Below are positions 8,863-18,136 of a stretch of DNA of 41,247 nucleotides, one piece after another. The position numbers and the translations under genes were made by a program. This DNA comes from a virus. Where the stretch lies: IMG/VR virus record IMGVR_UViG_3300025867_000675; one strand, written 5' to 3'. Position 1 is the stretch's first letter. Each line of letters begins with the position of its first letter. The notes beneath the pieces are model-generated. The model saw only the letters and a program-made list of their open reading frames with translations. It made no database searches and was not told where the DNA came from.

Positions 8863-9456
8863 ATGGACACTCCAAAATTCATCAGGACCGAACTCCTCCA
8901 GCTCTCGCCCAAGGCCAAGGCCTTGCACATCTACGTCGAAGGCGAGGTCGATCTCAACCAGTTCCTCAAATACGCTGACGAGGTCTACCACAACTTTGGC
9001 AAGGACGGCGTCATGCAGGTCTCGGTCTGGGTCACCGGCGGCGTCACGGCCTTCATCGACCAGCGCGACATGGGCTATTGGCTGATCGGGCTTACCACCA
9101 TGAACACCCTGCTCGCCCAGGAGACCGCCCGCGTCCTCAAGCTCCCGAACCTGGCAGTCGAGAGCGACCTAGTCGGCCACAACATCATCCGCTCCCAGAG
9201 AGACCGCGACATCTTGCAAGTCCTGGCTACCGCCCGACCCCCGAACTTCGAGCAGATCATCAAAGAGGAATGCGACCGCTTCTACAAGGGCATGATCAAG
9301 GCACCCGCCCACTGCCCGACCTGCAAGCTCCAGTTCACCAACCCGACCACGGGCCTGGTTCAAGCCACCTGCCACCAGTGCAACAAGCCCCTCGTCGCCG
9401 GACCCCCTCTGGCACAGCCCAGGAGCTCCCCGAAGACCACGTCCCTACGACGCTAG
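8863..9456 (+). CDS. hypothetical protein with C-terminal zinc ribbon; likely continues to 9782 via -1 frame disruption near 9410
   Basis: ATG internal to ORF 8800..9456 (TTG); frame-0 ORF 9078..9782 has junk N-terminus but protein-like C-terminus ending CPMCGRTWCECG. Confidence 0.5.
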   Translation: MDTPKFIRTELLQLSPKAKALHIYVEGEVDLNQFLKYADEVYHNFGKDGVMQVSVWVTGGVTAFIDQRDMGYWLIGLTTMNTLLAQETARVLKLPNLAVESDLVGHNIIRSQRDRDILQVLATARPPNFEQIIKEECDRFYKGMIKAPAHCPTCKLQFTNPTTGLVQATCHQCNKPLVAGPPLAQPRSSPKTTSLRR

Positions 9457-9796
9457 ACGAAGCTCCCCAGAGCCCTTCAGAGCCCCTCCTGACCAAAGTC
9501 ATCCTCCCTACGCCCCTTGACCACGTCGTCACAAGCATCCTGACAGCCCCAGAGGCACCCGTCACCCAAGCCCCTGTGGAACCTAGCCCTGCCCTCTCTG
9601 TCATCCCTGACTCATGCCTGGGCTTCAAGGAAACGCCCCCTACGCAGAAAGGCTTCGGCATGGACATCTTCGAGATCGGCAACCGAGGCCCCAAGGAAAC
9701 AGGCTCTAACGACTACCCGGTCTGCCCCATGTGCGGCAGAACCTGGTGTGAGTGCGGCAAGGGCCCTGAACACCGGCCCTAACCATAAGAAACCCT

Positions 9797-9988
9797 ATGA
9801 GAACCTCTACCTGCCGCATCTGCGGCGTAACCTTCAATAAGAAGACCCGCAAGTACCGTGGCGCCCGTAGCAACGCCTGCGACGCCCATAACAGATACTT
9901 CACCCTCCCTAAGGGCCTGTTCGAGGAGATCGCAGGCCACTACGATGCCTCCGTAAGGCCCTCAGAGGCTGCAGAGATGGTGGGATGA
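9797..9988 (+). CDS. small zinc-binding protein
   Basis: ORF track; CRICG…CDAH. Confidence 0.5.
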   Translation: MRTSTCRICGVTFNKKTRKYRGARSNACDAHNRYFTLPKGLFEEIAGHYDASVRPSEAAEMVG

Positions 9989-10119
9989 TAGTGGACGAAG
10001 AGCTCTATTGCCACGCCATAGCAGTCCCTGAATCCATCTACATTGACTTCAATGCGTATGACGTCTGCCTAGACGGGAAGAGGGTGCGCATCATGCGGCC
10101 TAAGAGCACCTGGGACTGA
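9985..10119 (+). CDS. small hypothetical protein (44 aa)
   Basis: ATGA overlap with previous stop. Confidence 0.3.
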   Translation: MIVDEELYCHAIAVPESIYIDFNAYDVCLDGKRVRIMRPKSTWD

Positions 10120-10183
10120 TTAACGGACTGACATGCCGTTCTCTACGCGAAAGCGGTCCAACATCTAAATCGTAGACAAATTT

Positions 10184-13100
10184 ATGCCTGAAAATTTTGC
10201 TGAGCCCATCGGAGCGGCTGCTAATGAGAGTCAAGTCGCTGACAGTCAAGCACTTACGACGCGAGCCCAGGTACGCGAAAACCCCCTGCTTCGGCGACCC
10301 GCGCGAGCCCGTAGACAAGCCGGAGCCCCCGAGCCCGCGCCCTCGGTTGACGCAACGCCCACGATCCCGGGAACCCTTGAGGGCGCTGTGGAAGCCCGGG
10401 TAGCCAGTCCTGGCGAGCTCGTCCCGCCCATCCGAGCCCCGTTCAGACGCGCAGATTCAGCGAGGGTGCGGTCGTCGTACCGTGAGGTCTCGGACGCGGT
10501 TCGCGAGACATCGAACCGTTTGCAGGCCACCATGGCATCCGCGCCAGCTCCAGCGACCCCAGAATGGCCCCACGATGACATGGGCGACATTGACGAGGCT
10601 CCTGCTCAAGTCTCTGAGCGCCCCAGCTCTGATCGTCCCAGACCGCATCCTAGCGTGCTCGAGCCTCCCTCTCGAGCTCTAGACAACGCGCGGGTTGGCC
10701 AGGTTCAGGCCCCGTTCGACGAGACCATGGTCAATACGAACGACCCGACGCCTACCCCAGTGGTGAACGTGCGGGTTGAGCGCAGCCAGGTAGTGGAGCG
10801 CCCGCGCCGACTCGATGGAACGTGGACAGCTGAAGCTGAAACGACTCTGGCTACACACGCGCCACCCCAGCCCGTCCTGAGCGAGCAGGTCATAGCGCAG
10901 ATGCGCGAGCTGTCTAACCAGGTTCAACGGGTGCACGAGGTGGTGAACCCGGAGACGGGAGAGACCATGCGCCTTCCTGCTGCGACTATTGGACCAGGTG
11001 AGATCGCGAACCGAATCCAGCTGGTGAACGACATGATGGCAGCTTCCGCGGATGCAGTGACACGGCGAAACAACATCGTTGAAACAATCGGACGAACGAT
11101 CAGGCGGATGCGCGAGTCCAGGAACCAGCTCGCCCAGGTTAGCCACAACCAGCCCACTAGCCATAGACGAGATGAGGCAACGAACGCGGTCAGGGTATGC
11201 GACCAGCTCTTGAGCGCGTTCGACGAGGTGAGACCGACGATCAACAACGTATCCGACGTAAGCGACCGGCTGCTTATGGACTTCCAGGCAGCGTGCGAAG
11301 GCCAGACCGAGAACATGGACAGGATGCGCGATCAGTTTGACGCAATAACTGCTGCGGGTGCTGCGTTTAACTTTGACCCGCAGGCTCAGGCTCGGCGCCG
11401 CTCAGGGGCCTCTCCCACGCCCACCAATGAAGACCAGGTAGTCATCAACACAAACCTGTTGAGGCAGCTACGCGAGACCGTGAGCGCAGCGAGGACCATC
11501 CGCTCTTCGAACGTCATCACCCCTGAGCAGTGGAACCAATACGAAAACACTCTGAACGAGGCCGCAACCATCCTGTCAGCGAACAACGTCAACAGTCCTA
11601 TCACCGCGATGGACGCTTTGACGAGCTACGCAGAGGCGATCAGAAGGGTTGACCACACCCTGGCAGCCCTGAACAGTCAGATAATGCACACTCGCTACGG
11701 GGCTCCACAGTCACAGTCACAGTCACAAGAGACGCCTCCTATTCCTACCCCGATGCCACCCGTCGCTCCAATGAGCGAGCCACCTGGCGTAGTCCACTAC
11801 CTGGACCGCATCACTCCTGGCGAACCTCAGTTACGAATTTCTGGATCACCACGCACCGTCCGAAGCAACTTGTCTCTGGGTGAGGCAGCCCGCCAGTTCG
11901 CTGCGAGCCAGGAGACCCAGCGAGGAATTGACCTTCTTACCGAGCAGCTGAACTCGTACAATGCTGGCCTGAGAACTTCAGCCGCTGAACGCACTCAGTC
12001 TTGCCAAGAGCTGTCCTCGCGCATTCGAGGCTACTACACTGAGATCGACACGATGAGCAGTCGACTGGTGGCGCTTATCGCAGAGCATGGCACCAACCAG
12101 CGCTTGAACCCCGACGTCCTATCTGCGATGGCGCGAGCTGAAGACGCACGGCGCATGCAGGCCATGGTAGAACAAGCCGTAGCAAGCCAATCTGATGTGG
12201 TCCTTGAGACGATACTCGACACCTGCAGCATTGCCGTATCGCGTCTAGGGACGGCCATTGGCATGCTAACCCAAGTCGAGGTTACGGAGGATCCCACTGC
12301 GCCCGTCACTGTCGAATCAGTGCGTGCTGACATCCGCCGCTTGAGGGATTTAATCAACTCCAACAACGTGCTTCTGCCTCCTGCCGTTCTGCGCGAGGTG
12401 CTAGGAGCCAACCAGCGCGCTCAGACCATCTACAACGCGAACCCTGCAAACATTGGAGAGCTTATATCTGCGCGTGAAGGGTTGCAGAGAGCGCAGTCCA
12501 TGATCCAGCATGTAATGACCCCTGCGACGCCATCACCCACTGCTGCACCAGTTCCTCAAGCGCAACCTGAACCTCCTGCCACTCTCAGGAGCGCACCGAA
12601 CCTCGTGGCTCAGCAAGCCACCGCGGACGCTGCTAACCAAGACTTCGTAGTCACTGCAGGCTACTCAAACTCGAACTCACTCACTATGGAAATCCCTGTC
12701 CCCACAACCACCACGGTTCACACAAGCGCTGGCGTGACTGGAACATCTGGCACTCCTGGCATTCGAGGCGTGCGCGGATCTAACCGAGCCGCTACTGATT
12801 ACGACGAGGAAGCTACTGATTACGGCGAGGAAGCAGACGCGCCCGACACCAACCCGTATCAACCTGCGACCACCCTGCGCCAGGGCGATGTCTTCATCAT
12901 CGTGGACACCGCCCAGGGATCTCCTAACCTGGAGACCAAGCAGCTGTGCGAGTGCGTCTCAACCTCCAGCTTTGGGATCCACTACAACGAGATCGGCCAG
13001 ATGGGTGTGCCTACCCGGTCGCTGTCTCCCACACGGATGATCAGCAAGCTGCAAGTCACGAACCACTGGATGGTCACTCCCACATCTCAGCGCGACCTGC

Positions 13101-13324
13101 TCCACCGCATGTGGCACATCTACGCCACGGCCACCGAATATCCGCTCTCTGTGTCAATCATGCAGAGGGAGCCGTCTGATGCAAGCAGCCCAATCAGGTC
13201 TGAGGCTGTGCGTCCCTCGATCGCCGAGCGCATGGTCTATACCAGCAAGCGCGATCTCTCACTCGCTTTGAACGCGCTCCGCGTGTTCGACCGTACCGAA
13301 TGTTTTACACGTTCTAACCGCTAA
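10184..13324 (+). CDS. giant (1046 aa) low-complexity/helical protein, P/A/R-rich N-terminus, more globular C-terminus
   Basis: ORF track; ATTTATG junction start; internal QSQSQSQ and ATDY(D/G)EE tandem repeats. Confidence 0.7.
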   Translation: MPENFAEPIGAAANESQVADSQALTTRAQVRENPLLRRPARARRQAGAPEPAPSVDATPTIPGTLEGAVEARVASPGELVPPIRAPFRRADSARVRSSYREVSDAVRETSNRLQATMASAPAPATPEWPHDDMGDIDEAPAQVSERPSSDRPRPHPSVLEPPSRALDNARVGQVQAPFDETMVNTNDPTPTPVVNVRVERSQVVERPRRLDGTWTAEAETTLATHAPPQPVLSEQVIAQMRELSNQVQRVHEVVNPETGETMRLPAATIGPGEIANRIQLVNDMMAASADAVTRRNNIVETIGRTIRRMRESRNQLAQVSHNQPTSHRRDEATNAVRVCDQLLSAFDEVRPTINNVSDVSDRLLMDFQAACEGQTENMDRMRDQFDAITAAGAAFNFDPQAQARRRSGASPTPTNEDQVVINTNLLRQLRETVSAARTIRSSNVITPEQWNQYENTLNEAATILSANNVNSPITAMDALTSYAEAIRRVDHTLAALNSQIMHTRYGAPQSQSQSQETPPIPTPMPPVAPMSEPPGVVHYLDRITPGEPQLRISGSPRTVRSNLSLGEAARQFAASQETQRGIDLLTEQLNSYNAGLRTSAAERTQSCQELSSRIRGYYTEIDTMSSRLVALIAEHGTNQRLNPDVLSAMARAEDARRMQAMVEQAVASQSDVVLETILDTCSIAVSRLGTAIGMLTQVEVTEDPTAPVTVESVRADIRRLRDLINSNNVLLPPAVLREVLGANQRAQTIYNANPANIGELISAREGLQRAQSMIQHVMTPATPSPTAAPVPQAQPEPPATLRSAPNLVAQQATADAANQDFVVTAGYSNSNSLTMEIPVPTTTTVHTSAGVTGTSGTPGIRGVRGSNRAATDYDEEATDYGEEADAPDTNPYQPATTLRQGDVFIIVDTAQGSPNLETKQLCECVSTSSFGIHYNEIGQMGVPTRSLSPTRMISKLQVTNHWMVTPTSQRDLLHRMWHIYATATEYPLSVSIMQREPSDASSPIRSEAVRPSIAERMVYTSKRDLSLALNALRVFDRTECFTRSNR
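12791..12832 (+). repeat. 21-bp tandem duplication (gctactgattacgRcgaggaa x2) inside giant ORF
   Basis: direct inspection; encodes ATDYDEE ATDYGEE. Confidence 0.6.
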
Positions 13325-13337
13325 CAAATAAAAGCAT

Positions 13338-13571
13338 ATGCCAAACAAAGACAGATACCCGGACAACGTCCCTGGAAAGTTCTACACCGACAACAACTGC
13401 ATTGACTGCGATCTCTGCCGCGAGGCAGCGCCCGCTCACTTCGACCGCAACGAGGAAGGATTCTCGTTCGTGAAGAAGCAGCCCACGACTCCTGAAGAGA
13501 TGGCGGCCTGCGTCGAAGCGAAGGACGGTTGCCCGGTGGAAGCCATCATGGACGATGGCGACGACAAGTAA
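13338..13571 (+). CDS. bacterial-type single-cluster [4Fe-4S]/[3Fe-4S] ferredoxin
   Basis: CIDCDLC … GCPVEAI motifs. Confidence 0.8.
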   Translation: MPNKDRYPDNVPGKFYTDNNCIDCDLCREAAPAHFDRNEEGFSFVKKQPTTPEEMAACVEAKDGCPVEAIMDDGDDK

Positions 13572-13605
13572 ACCGCAACACTCAACCCAAAGAAACAGAA
13601 AGAAA

Positions 13606-13782
13606 ATGCAACTCGTTGAATTCACCCTCACCAGCGGCGGAAAGATCGCCGTTAACCCCAGTCAAGTCGCCGCAGTCGAAGTGCTCGGTGACTGCTCCAG
13701 AATCGTAATGGAAGGCGGCGTAAAGTACGACGTCACCACGCCGTTTGAAGACGCCATCGACGAGATCAATGGCGCCCTGTGA
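13606..13782 (+). CDS. small hypothetical protein
   Basis: internal ATG of ORF 13555..13782 after agaaagaaa. Confidence 0.5.
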   Translation: MQLVEFTLTSGGKIAVNPSQVAAVEVLGDCSRIVMEGGVKYDVTTPFEDAIDEINGAL

Positions 13783-13982
13783 GCGACGAAGCTCCAATCC
13801 GTAACGGTGGTCTCTTGCTGCTGTCCACCCCGCAGCTCGAGATGATCAAGCCCGGTGCAAAGATTCCTGCAGAGGACGGCACCGAGGCCACCATCGAATC
13901 CGTTGACAAGCCGAGCTTCATCGTTCGGTTTGTCGACGGTCGAAGGACCAAGTACATGGCAATGGGGGTGGTAGGAAAATAG
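13779..13982 (+). CDS. small hypothetical protein (GTG start)
   Basis: GTGA overlap. Confidence 0.45.
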   Translation: MSDEAPIRNGGLLLLSTPQLEMIKPGAKIPAEDGTEATIESVDKPSFIVRFVDGRRTKYMAMGVVGK

Positions 13983-13986
13983 GAAT

Positions 13987-14349
13987 ATGAAAAAGAAGCT
14001 AGCACTAATCGGTATCGCAGGAGCGGTTGCTCTTGCGGCAGTCGCATCCACCAGCATTGAGCTGTACAGCCGGCAGGTATCATTCGCCTGGGACTATCCC
14101 ACGAACGCCCCGGTCGCTGGGTTTCATCTCAACCTGTACACCAACGATCCTCAGGTGACGGCGTCGCTCCCGTCGATCATGGTCACCTCAACCAACCTGT
14201 CGGCCACGGCCACTAACCTGGCGGTCGGCACGAAGTACTGGGCAGCAGTGACAGCATTCAGCGCTGAAGGCCTGGAGAGCCCGCCCTCGAACGTGATCAC
14301 CTTCCAGGTCCCTGCTCAGCCCACGAACGTCCGCATCCTCGTGAGGTAG
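13987..14349 (+). CDS. secreted fibronectin-type-III-like domain protein
   Basis: signal peptide MKKKLALIGIAGAVALAAVA; SD AGGA; FN3-like beta pattern. Confidence 0.6.
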   Translation: MKKKLALIGIAGAVALAAVASTSIELYSRQVSFAWDYPTNAPVAGFHLNLYTNDPQVTASLPSIMVTSTNLSATATNLAVGTKYWAAVTAFSAEGLESPPSNVITFQVPAQPTNVRILVR

Positions 14350-14350
14350 T

Positions 14351-14602
14351 ATGACCAAGACCATCTGCGACATCTGCGAGGAAGAGACAACGCATCCGTT
14401 CCGCGTCGAGGTGCTTGACGGCGAGCACCCGCACAACGGATCTACCATGACCAAAGACATCGACGTCTGCGATGACTGCATCAGGCGGCTGAAGCTAAGG
14501 TGCAACGTGGAGTTTGACGAGCTTCGCCAGAGCCACCAGGAGCGCGAGCTAGTCAGGAACACCATCAAGTCCTCAACCGCCCCAAAACGGAAGCGCAAGT
14601 AG
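14351..14602 (+). CDS. small zinc-finger protein with basic tail
   Basis: CDICEE…CDDC. Confidence 0.55.
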   Translation: MTKTICDICEEETTHPFRVEVLDGEHPHNGSTMTKDIDVCDDCIRRLKLRCNVEFDELRQSHQERELVRNTIKSSTAPKRKRK

Positions 14603-14603
14603 C

Positions 14604-14951
14604 ATGAGCAACCAACCTGTACCAGGCCCTGGCTTCCCGAACGGATGGGGTCACCACACAAACACACCAGAGCGCCGCACCCTGACCTGCGTCTATTGCG
14701 GTCAGGAATATCCCAGTGGCACTCCATCGTGTGGAGCAGACGTGAAGGTACTGACTGACCACATCAAGGTCTGCGAGAAGCACCCGATGCGCAAGCTCCA
14801 AGCGGACTATGACGCAGTCCGGAATGCGTTCGCGAAGTTCGTCGAGGATTATGGTAAAGAAAACCTTCAAAAACTTCTTGTGAAGGCGACTACCGAGAAA
14901 TGGGACGAGGACCGCATTGAAGCGATCAAAGTTCTGATCTCTATCTCGTAG
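14604..14951 (+). CDS. hypothetical Cys/His protein
   Basis: ORF track. Confidence 0.55.
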   Translation: MSNQPVPGPGFPNGWGHHTNTPERRTLTCVYCGQEYPSGTPSCGADVKVLTDHIKVCEKHPMRKLQADYDAVRNAFAKFVEDYGKENLQKLLVKATTEKWDEDRIEAIKVLISIS

Positions 14952-14958
14952 TTAGCGC

Positions 14959-15609
14959 ATGGCCAAATACATTGCCGATCCGCAAGCAGCTCCTGACGAC
15001 GAGACACCCGATGTGCTAAGCGCTGACGGGTCGGTACGTTTCCCCTTCTCACCTCACCCCACCATGCAGAAGGCTGAGGTGCGCTACGCGGGAATCACTA
15101 CCACGGTCAAAGTTCCTAAAGAGGTCGCGGAGCAGATCTACGACGCCATAAGCAGCGATGAGGCTGCGCGCGTCCTAGATCAGTGGGTCAAGACAGTCAA
15201 GCAGGGTTACCCCTTCAACGACCGTCCTAACCGCACCTTCGCGACCAATCCCCCGTCCGCTCGCCCTCGCCGCCCCCGCTACGAGTCCAAGTCTAGCAAG
15301 CTCATTGAGAAGCTTATTACTGAAGGCAGCAGCGACTGGATCTGCGCTCTTCCCAAGGCCAAGTTCCCCGACGCTGCGAGCCTCCAGAAGTGGTACCGCA
15401 CCAGCGTGGAGCAAGCCAGAGCTGAGAGCGGCAACGACTCCTACAACGGCACCATCAGCACGACGCGTGGCATCCAGGTCACCAGCCTGGAGTTCCCTGG
15501 CAGACGCACCGCTGAGGAGTGGCTGCTGGCCAATACCCAGAAGTGGGGACCGCTCAAGGTCGTTACGGTCGGCGCCAATTGGATCGTGGGTGGCTGGGTA
15601 GCTTGTTAA
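14959..15609 (+). CDS. hypothetical protein
   Basis: ORF track. Confidence 0.6.
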   Translation: MAKYIADPQAAPDDETPDVLSADGSVRFPFSPHPTMQKAEVRYAGITTTVKVPKEVAEQIYDAISSDEAARVLDQWVKTVKQGYPFNDRPNRTFATNPPSARPRRPRYESKSSKLIEKLITEGSSDWICALPKAKFPDAASLQKWYRTSVEQARAESGNDSYNGTISTTRGIQVTSLEFPGRRTAEEWLLANTQKWGPLKVVTVGANWIVGGWVAC

Positions 15610-15629
15610 CACTGGGTAGCTTGTTAACA
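15594..15629. repeat. perfect 18-bp tandem duplication ctgggtagcttgttaaca x2 spanning stop codon of preceding gene
   Basis: direct inspection; contains GTTAAC palindromes. Confidence 0.85.
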
Positions 15630-15670
15630 ATACTTTGCCCGTTCGCGCGCCACGCGCTGTTCTATCAGCC

Positions 15671-16095
15671 ATGGCTACTAAAGGCAAGCACAACCCTGTA
15701 TTCACTACTCCAACCCAGGAGTTCGTAAAAGCGTTCCTCCTCGCTTCACCCACCTGCAAGGCTAATCGCCACGAATGCGCCTGCGGCAAAATCTGGTTCG
15801 ACGACTCGGATCTCGAAAACTGGACCTGGGAGGCTGGCGAACGCGAAGGCTCCGTGAACGAGCCACCGCCACTCCCAACCAGGTCGGCTCTCAAGACCGC
15901 GCCATCGAATACATCACCTTCTACGACCGCGACATTGTGGTGGGCTGCGCCTGCCAGTACGGCGATCACCTGGCTGAATTCGAGAAGATGGTCCTCCGCT
16001 ACGGCAAGGCCATTGCAAACTACCTGAACGGCGTCTCGGCGCGTGCCGCCCAAACCGCCATTGACCTGAACATCGAATCATCCAACCTGAGGTAA
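15671..16095 (+). CDS. hypothetical Cys-motif protein (HECACG … VGCACQYGDH); frame disrupted (-1) near 15870 (ORFs 15635..16027 + 15775..16095)
   Basis: frame2 N-terminus protein-like then junk; frame1 junk then protein-like. Confidence 0.4.
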
Positions 16096-16098
16096 TCT

Positions 16099-16638
16099 AT
16101 GAAACCATCTGGAATCGCATTTTTCATGCTGTGCGGAGTGCTGGCTATCAGCATCGCATTCGTCACATCTGAAGCCATCACCCACAAGGAGAAGCTCGAG
16201 AAGCTCAAGCTGACGCTCGCTGAGCTGAAGCAGAAAAATGAAGAGCTTGATGCCAAGCGCGCCGCGGTTGAAGCTGACGCCAAGAAGGTGGCTGAAGCCA
16301 TGGAGAAAGCGGTAAACGCAACCAGCAATACCACCGCGATCATCGAGCAGATCATTAGCAATACGATCGCGGTGGCAACCAACATGATTGTGCCTCCTCC
16401 GACCAACAGCCTGTTCAACACGAACTTTTATGCCACAAGCAGCAACAGCATGTGGTTCAGCACAAACGTCATCAAGTGGCAGGAATACAGCGCGAAGGTC
16501 GTGACTCGCTACCATGTGTATGAGGGCTTGCGGCTCGATCAGCTTCATTTCTGTGAAGGTTTCGTCTGGTGGCGCCAAGGCAACCAGAAGATCTTCGAGA
16601 GTGGCGACATCGAAATCATAGCCACGGAGATCCCATGA
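16099..16638 (+). CDS. membrane-anchored coiled-coil protein (N-terminal TM + EK-rich helix)
   Basis: ORF track. Confidence 0.6.
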   Translation: MKPSGIAFFMLCGVLAISIAFVTSEAITHKEKLEKLKLTLAELKQKNEELDAKRAAVEADAKKVAEAMEKAVNATSNTTAIIEQIISNTIAVATNMIVPPPTNSLFNTNFYATSSNSMWFSTNVIKWQEYSAKVVTRYHVYEGLRLDQLHFCEGFVWWRQGNQKIFESGDIEIIATEIP

Positions 16639-16862
16639 TAACAGTCAAGACGGCGCACCCCGCGTGGGACAACAATCAGTTGGACGAGATCCTTAAAAAC
16701 GGCAGTGACAAGCCGATCACCGACCTTGAGCTGATTGACGAGCTGATCAAGCGGGCAAAAGAGACGGGAGCCGACGTCCAGTTCGTGAACGCACACGGTC
16801 GCGCGCTATCATTGGACATGGCACATCGAATCCGCTACGATCGAGGACTGGACATGCGCTAA
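16635..16862 (+). CDS. small hypothetical protein
   Basis: ATGA overlap; internal ATG of ORF 16569..16862. Confidence 0.5.
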   Translation: MITVKTAHPAWDNNQLDEILKNGSDKPITDLELIDELIKRAKETGADVQFVNAHGRALSLDMAHRIRYDRGLDMR

Positions 16863-16871
16863 CCGAATCTT

Positions 16872-17159
16872 ATGACGAAACTATCAAATGACATCATAAA
16901 GGCAACCGACGATTACTCCACACACGTGATCAATCGAATGGTTGCGAGTGGAGTTCCTAAGGACGAAGCTGAAGCCACGAGAGATCACCTTAAATCGGCA
17001 GTCCTTTCGGGTATCTCGCTGTGCTGCAACTACCAGATCTCGAACGATGGTAACAGCTCGGTCAATCCGCACGTGATCTACACCGCTGTGCGCGAGGCCG
17101 CCGACTCGATGGGAAACCAAGTTCATCATCGCCTCATTGATCCTAACCAAATCCCATGA
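16872..17159 (+). CDS. hypothetical protein
   Basis: ORF track. Confidence 0.55.
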   Translation: MTKLSNDIIKATDDYSTHVINRMVASGVPKDEAEATRDHLKSAVLSGISLCCNYQISNDGNSSVNPHVIYTAVREAADSMGNQVHHRLIDPNQIP

Positions 17160-17356
17160 TTGAAGACCTTCTAATCCTACTGGCGAGCGGCAACCGCGAG
17201 GTCCGCATCGGCTACACCAGAGACAACATGCCGATTGTCACCGTCTACAAAGACGGAAAGATGGTCGTGACGCGTCATGACGAGTCGATGCGCGGCGCCC
17301 TGCTGGAATGCGCACTAACACTTGCAAATTCAAGCGAGATGCTTAAGAGGAGCTAG
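17156..17356 (+). CDS. small hypothetical protein
   Basis: ATGA overlap. Confidence 0.5.
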   Translation: MIEDLLILLASGNREVRIGYTRDNMPIVTVYKDGKMVVTRHDESMRGALLECALTLANSSEMLKRS

Positions 17357-17358
17357 AC

Positions 17359-17709
17359 ATGTACAACTTCAAGCATCTCAATCAAAACGTCGTAGAGATC
17401 ACCACGGGAGCAGCGGACCTGGTCCCGTGTGGAAGCCTCCTCAAGTGCGAGGACGGCTACTTCTACTTCTGGCCATTGGACCTGCCTGGCAAAAACAGCG
17501 GGTGCTACAGCGAGCACTTCATGCGGTGTGTGGCAGACAAGCTGGCAGAGCTGAACAAGGACTGGGACGAGACGGTCAAGCGAGAGCTCGCCCCTCTGTG
17601 CCCAGGAACCGACTGCGCGCTAGTGCGAAACACCACCAACAACAAGCTAGAGTGGGTTGGGGTCGGACTTGGCGAGCCTAAAGGACTTGAAGGAGCCACG
17701 GGACAATGA
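17359..17709 (+). CDS. hypothetical protein
   Basis: AGGAG SD; ORF track. Confidence 0.6.
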   Translation: MYNFKHLNQNVVEITTGAADLVPCGSLLKCEDGYFYFWPLDLPGKNSGCYSEHFMRCVADKLAELNKDWDETVKRELAPLCPGTDCALVRNTTNNKLEWVGVGLGEPKGLEGATGQ

Positions 17710-17819
17710 CTGCCATCAGCGTCCTCATTGTCATCTTTGGGCTCGGCTTCTTCTGGCGCATCGCTCACGCTCCGAGACCCGGTCCTGAGATGCCTCCACC
17801 GACTCGGCGAATTCGTTAA
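17706..17819 (+). CDS. small membrane protein (37 aa)
   Basis: ATGA overlap; MTAISVLIVIFGLGFFW. Confidence 0.35.
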   Translation: MTAISVLIVIFGLGFFWRIAHAPRPGPEMPPPTRRIR

Positions 17820-17842
17820 CAAAAGCGCGTTCTATACCACGT

Positions 17843-18136
17843 ATGAAATCATCTACGTTTATCGCGCTTATCGTGGTTTGCATGTTCGGGCTCTGCTACG
17901 GCTTCTACAAGACACTTCCAGACCCGCAGTACAAAAACGGCCAAAACAGCTATGTCTCGGCAGTCGAACACTACCACGACGGCATCACCAACCTCTACAC
18001 CACTCGAGCCACGGTGCACGTTGGCGCGAACTACGCCTATTGGACCGAAGGGGAAATGGAAACCTTCATCAGCGGCAGCTTCAAGGTCGTGTCCATCAAA
18101 TACAAAATGCACACCGGCTTGTTGAACGCCAAATGA
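17843..18136 (+). CDS. membrane/secreted small protein
   Basis: ORF track; N-terminal hydrophobic segment. Confidence 0.55.
   Translation: MKSSTFIALIVVCMFGLCYGFYKTLPDPQYKNGQNSYVSAVEHYHDGITNLYTTRATVHVGANYAYWTEGEMETFISGSFKVVSIKYKMHTGLLNAK

Noticed and set aside
13300-13337. Possible TTTACA-N17-AATAAA promoter before the ferredoxin gene
   Set aside because: The -10 is poor and the element lies inside the end of the giant ORF, so it was not called.
15175-16053. 292-aa minus-strand ORF
   Set aside because: Low-complexity R/A/G-rich translation typical of the GC-rich antisense frame. It overlaps + strand genes and the tandem repeat.
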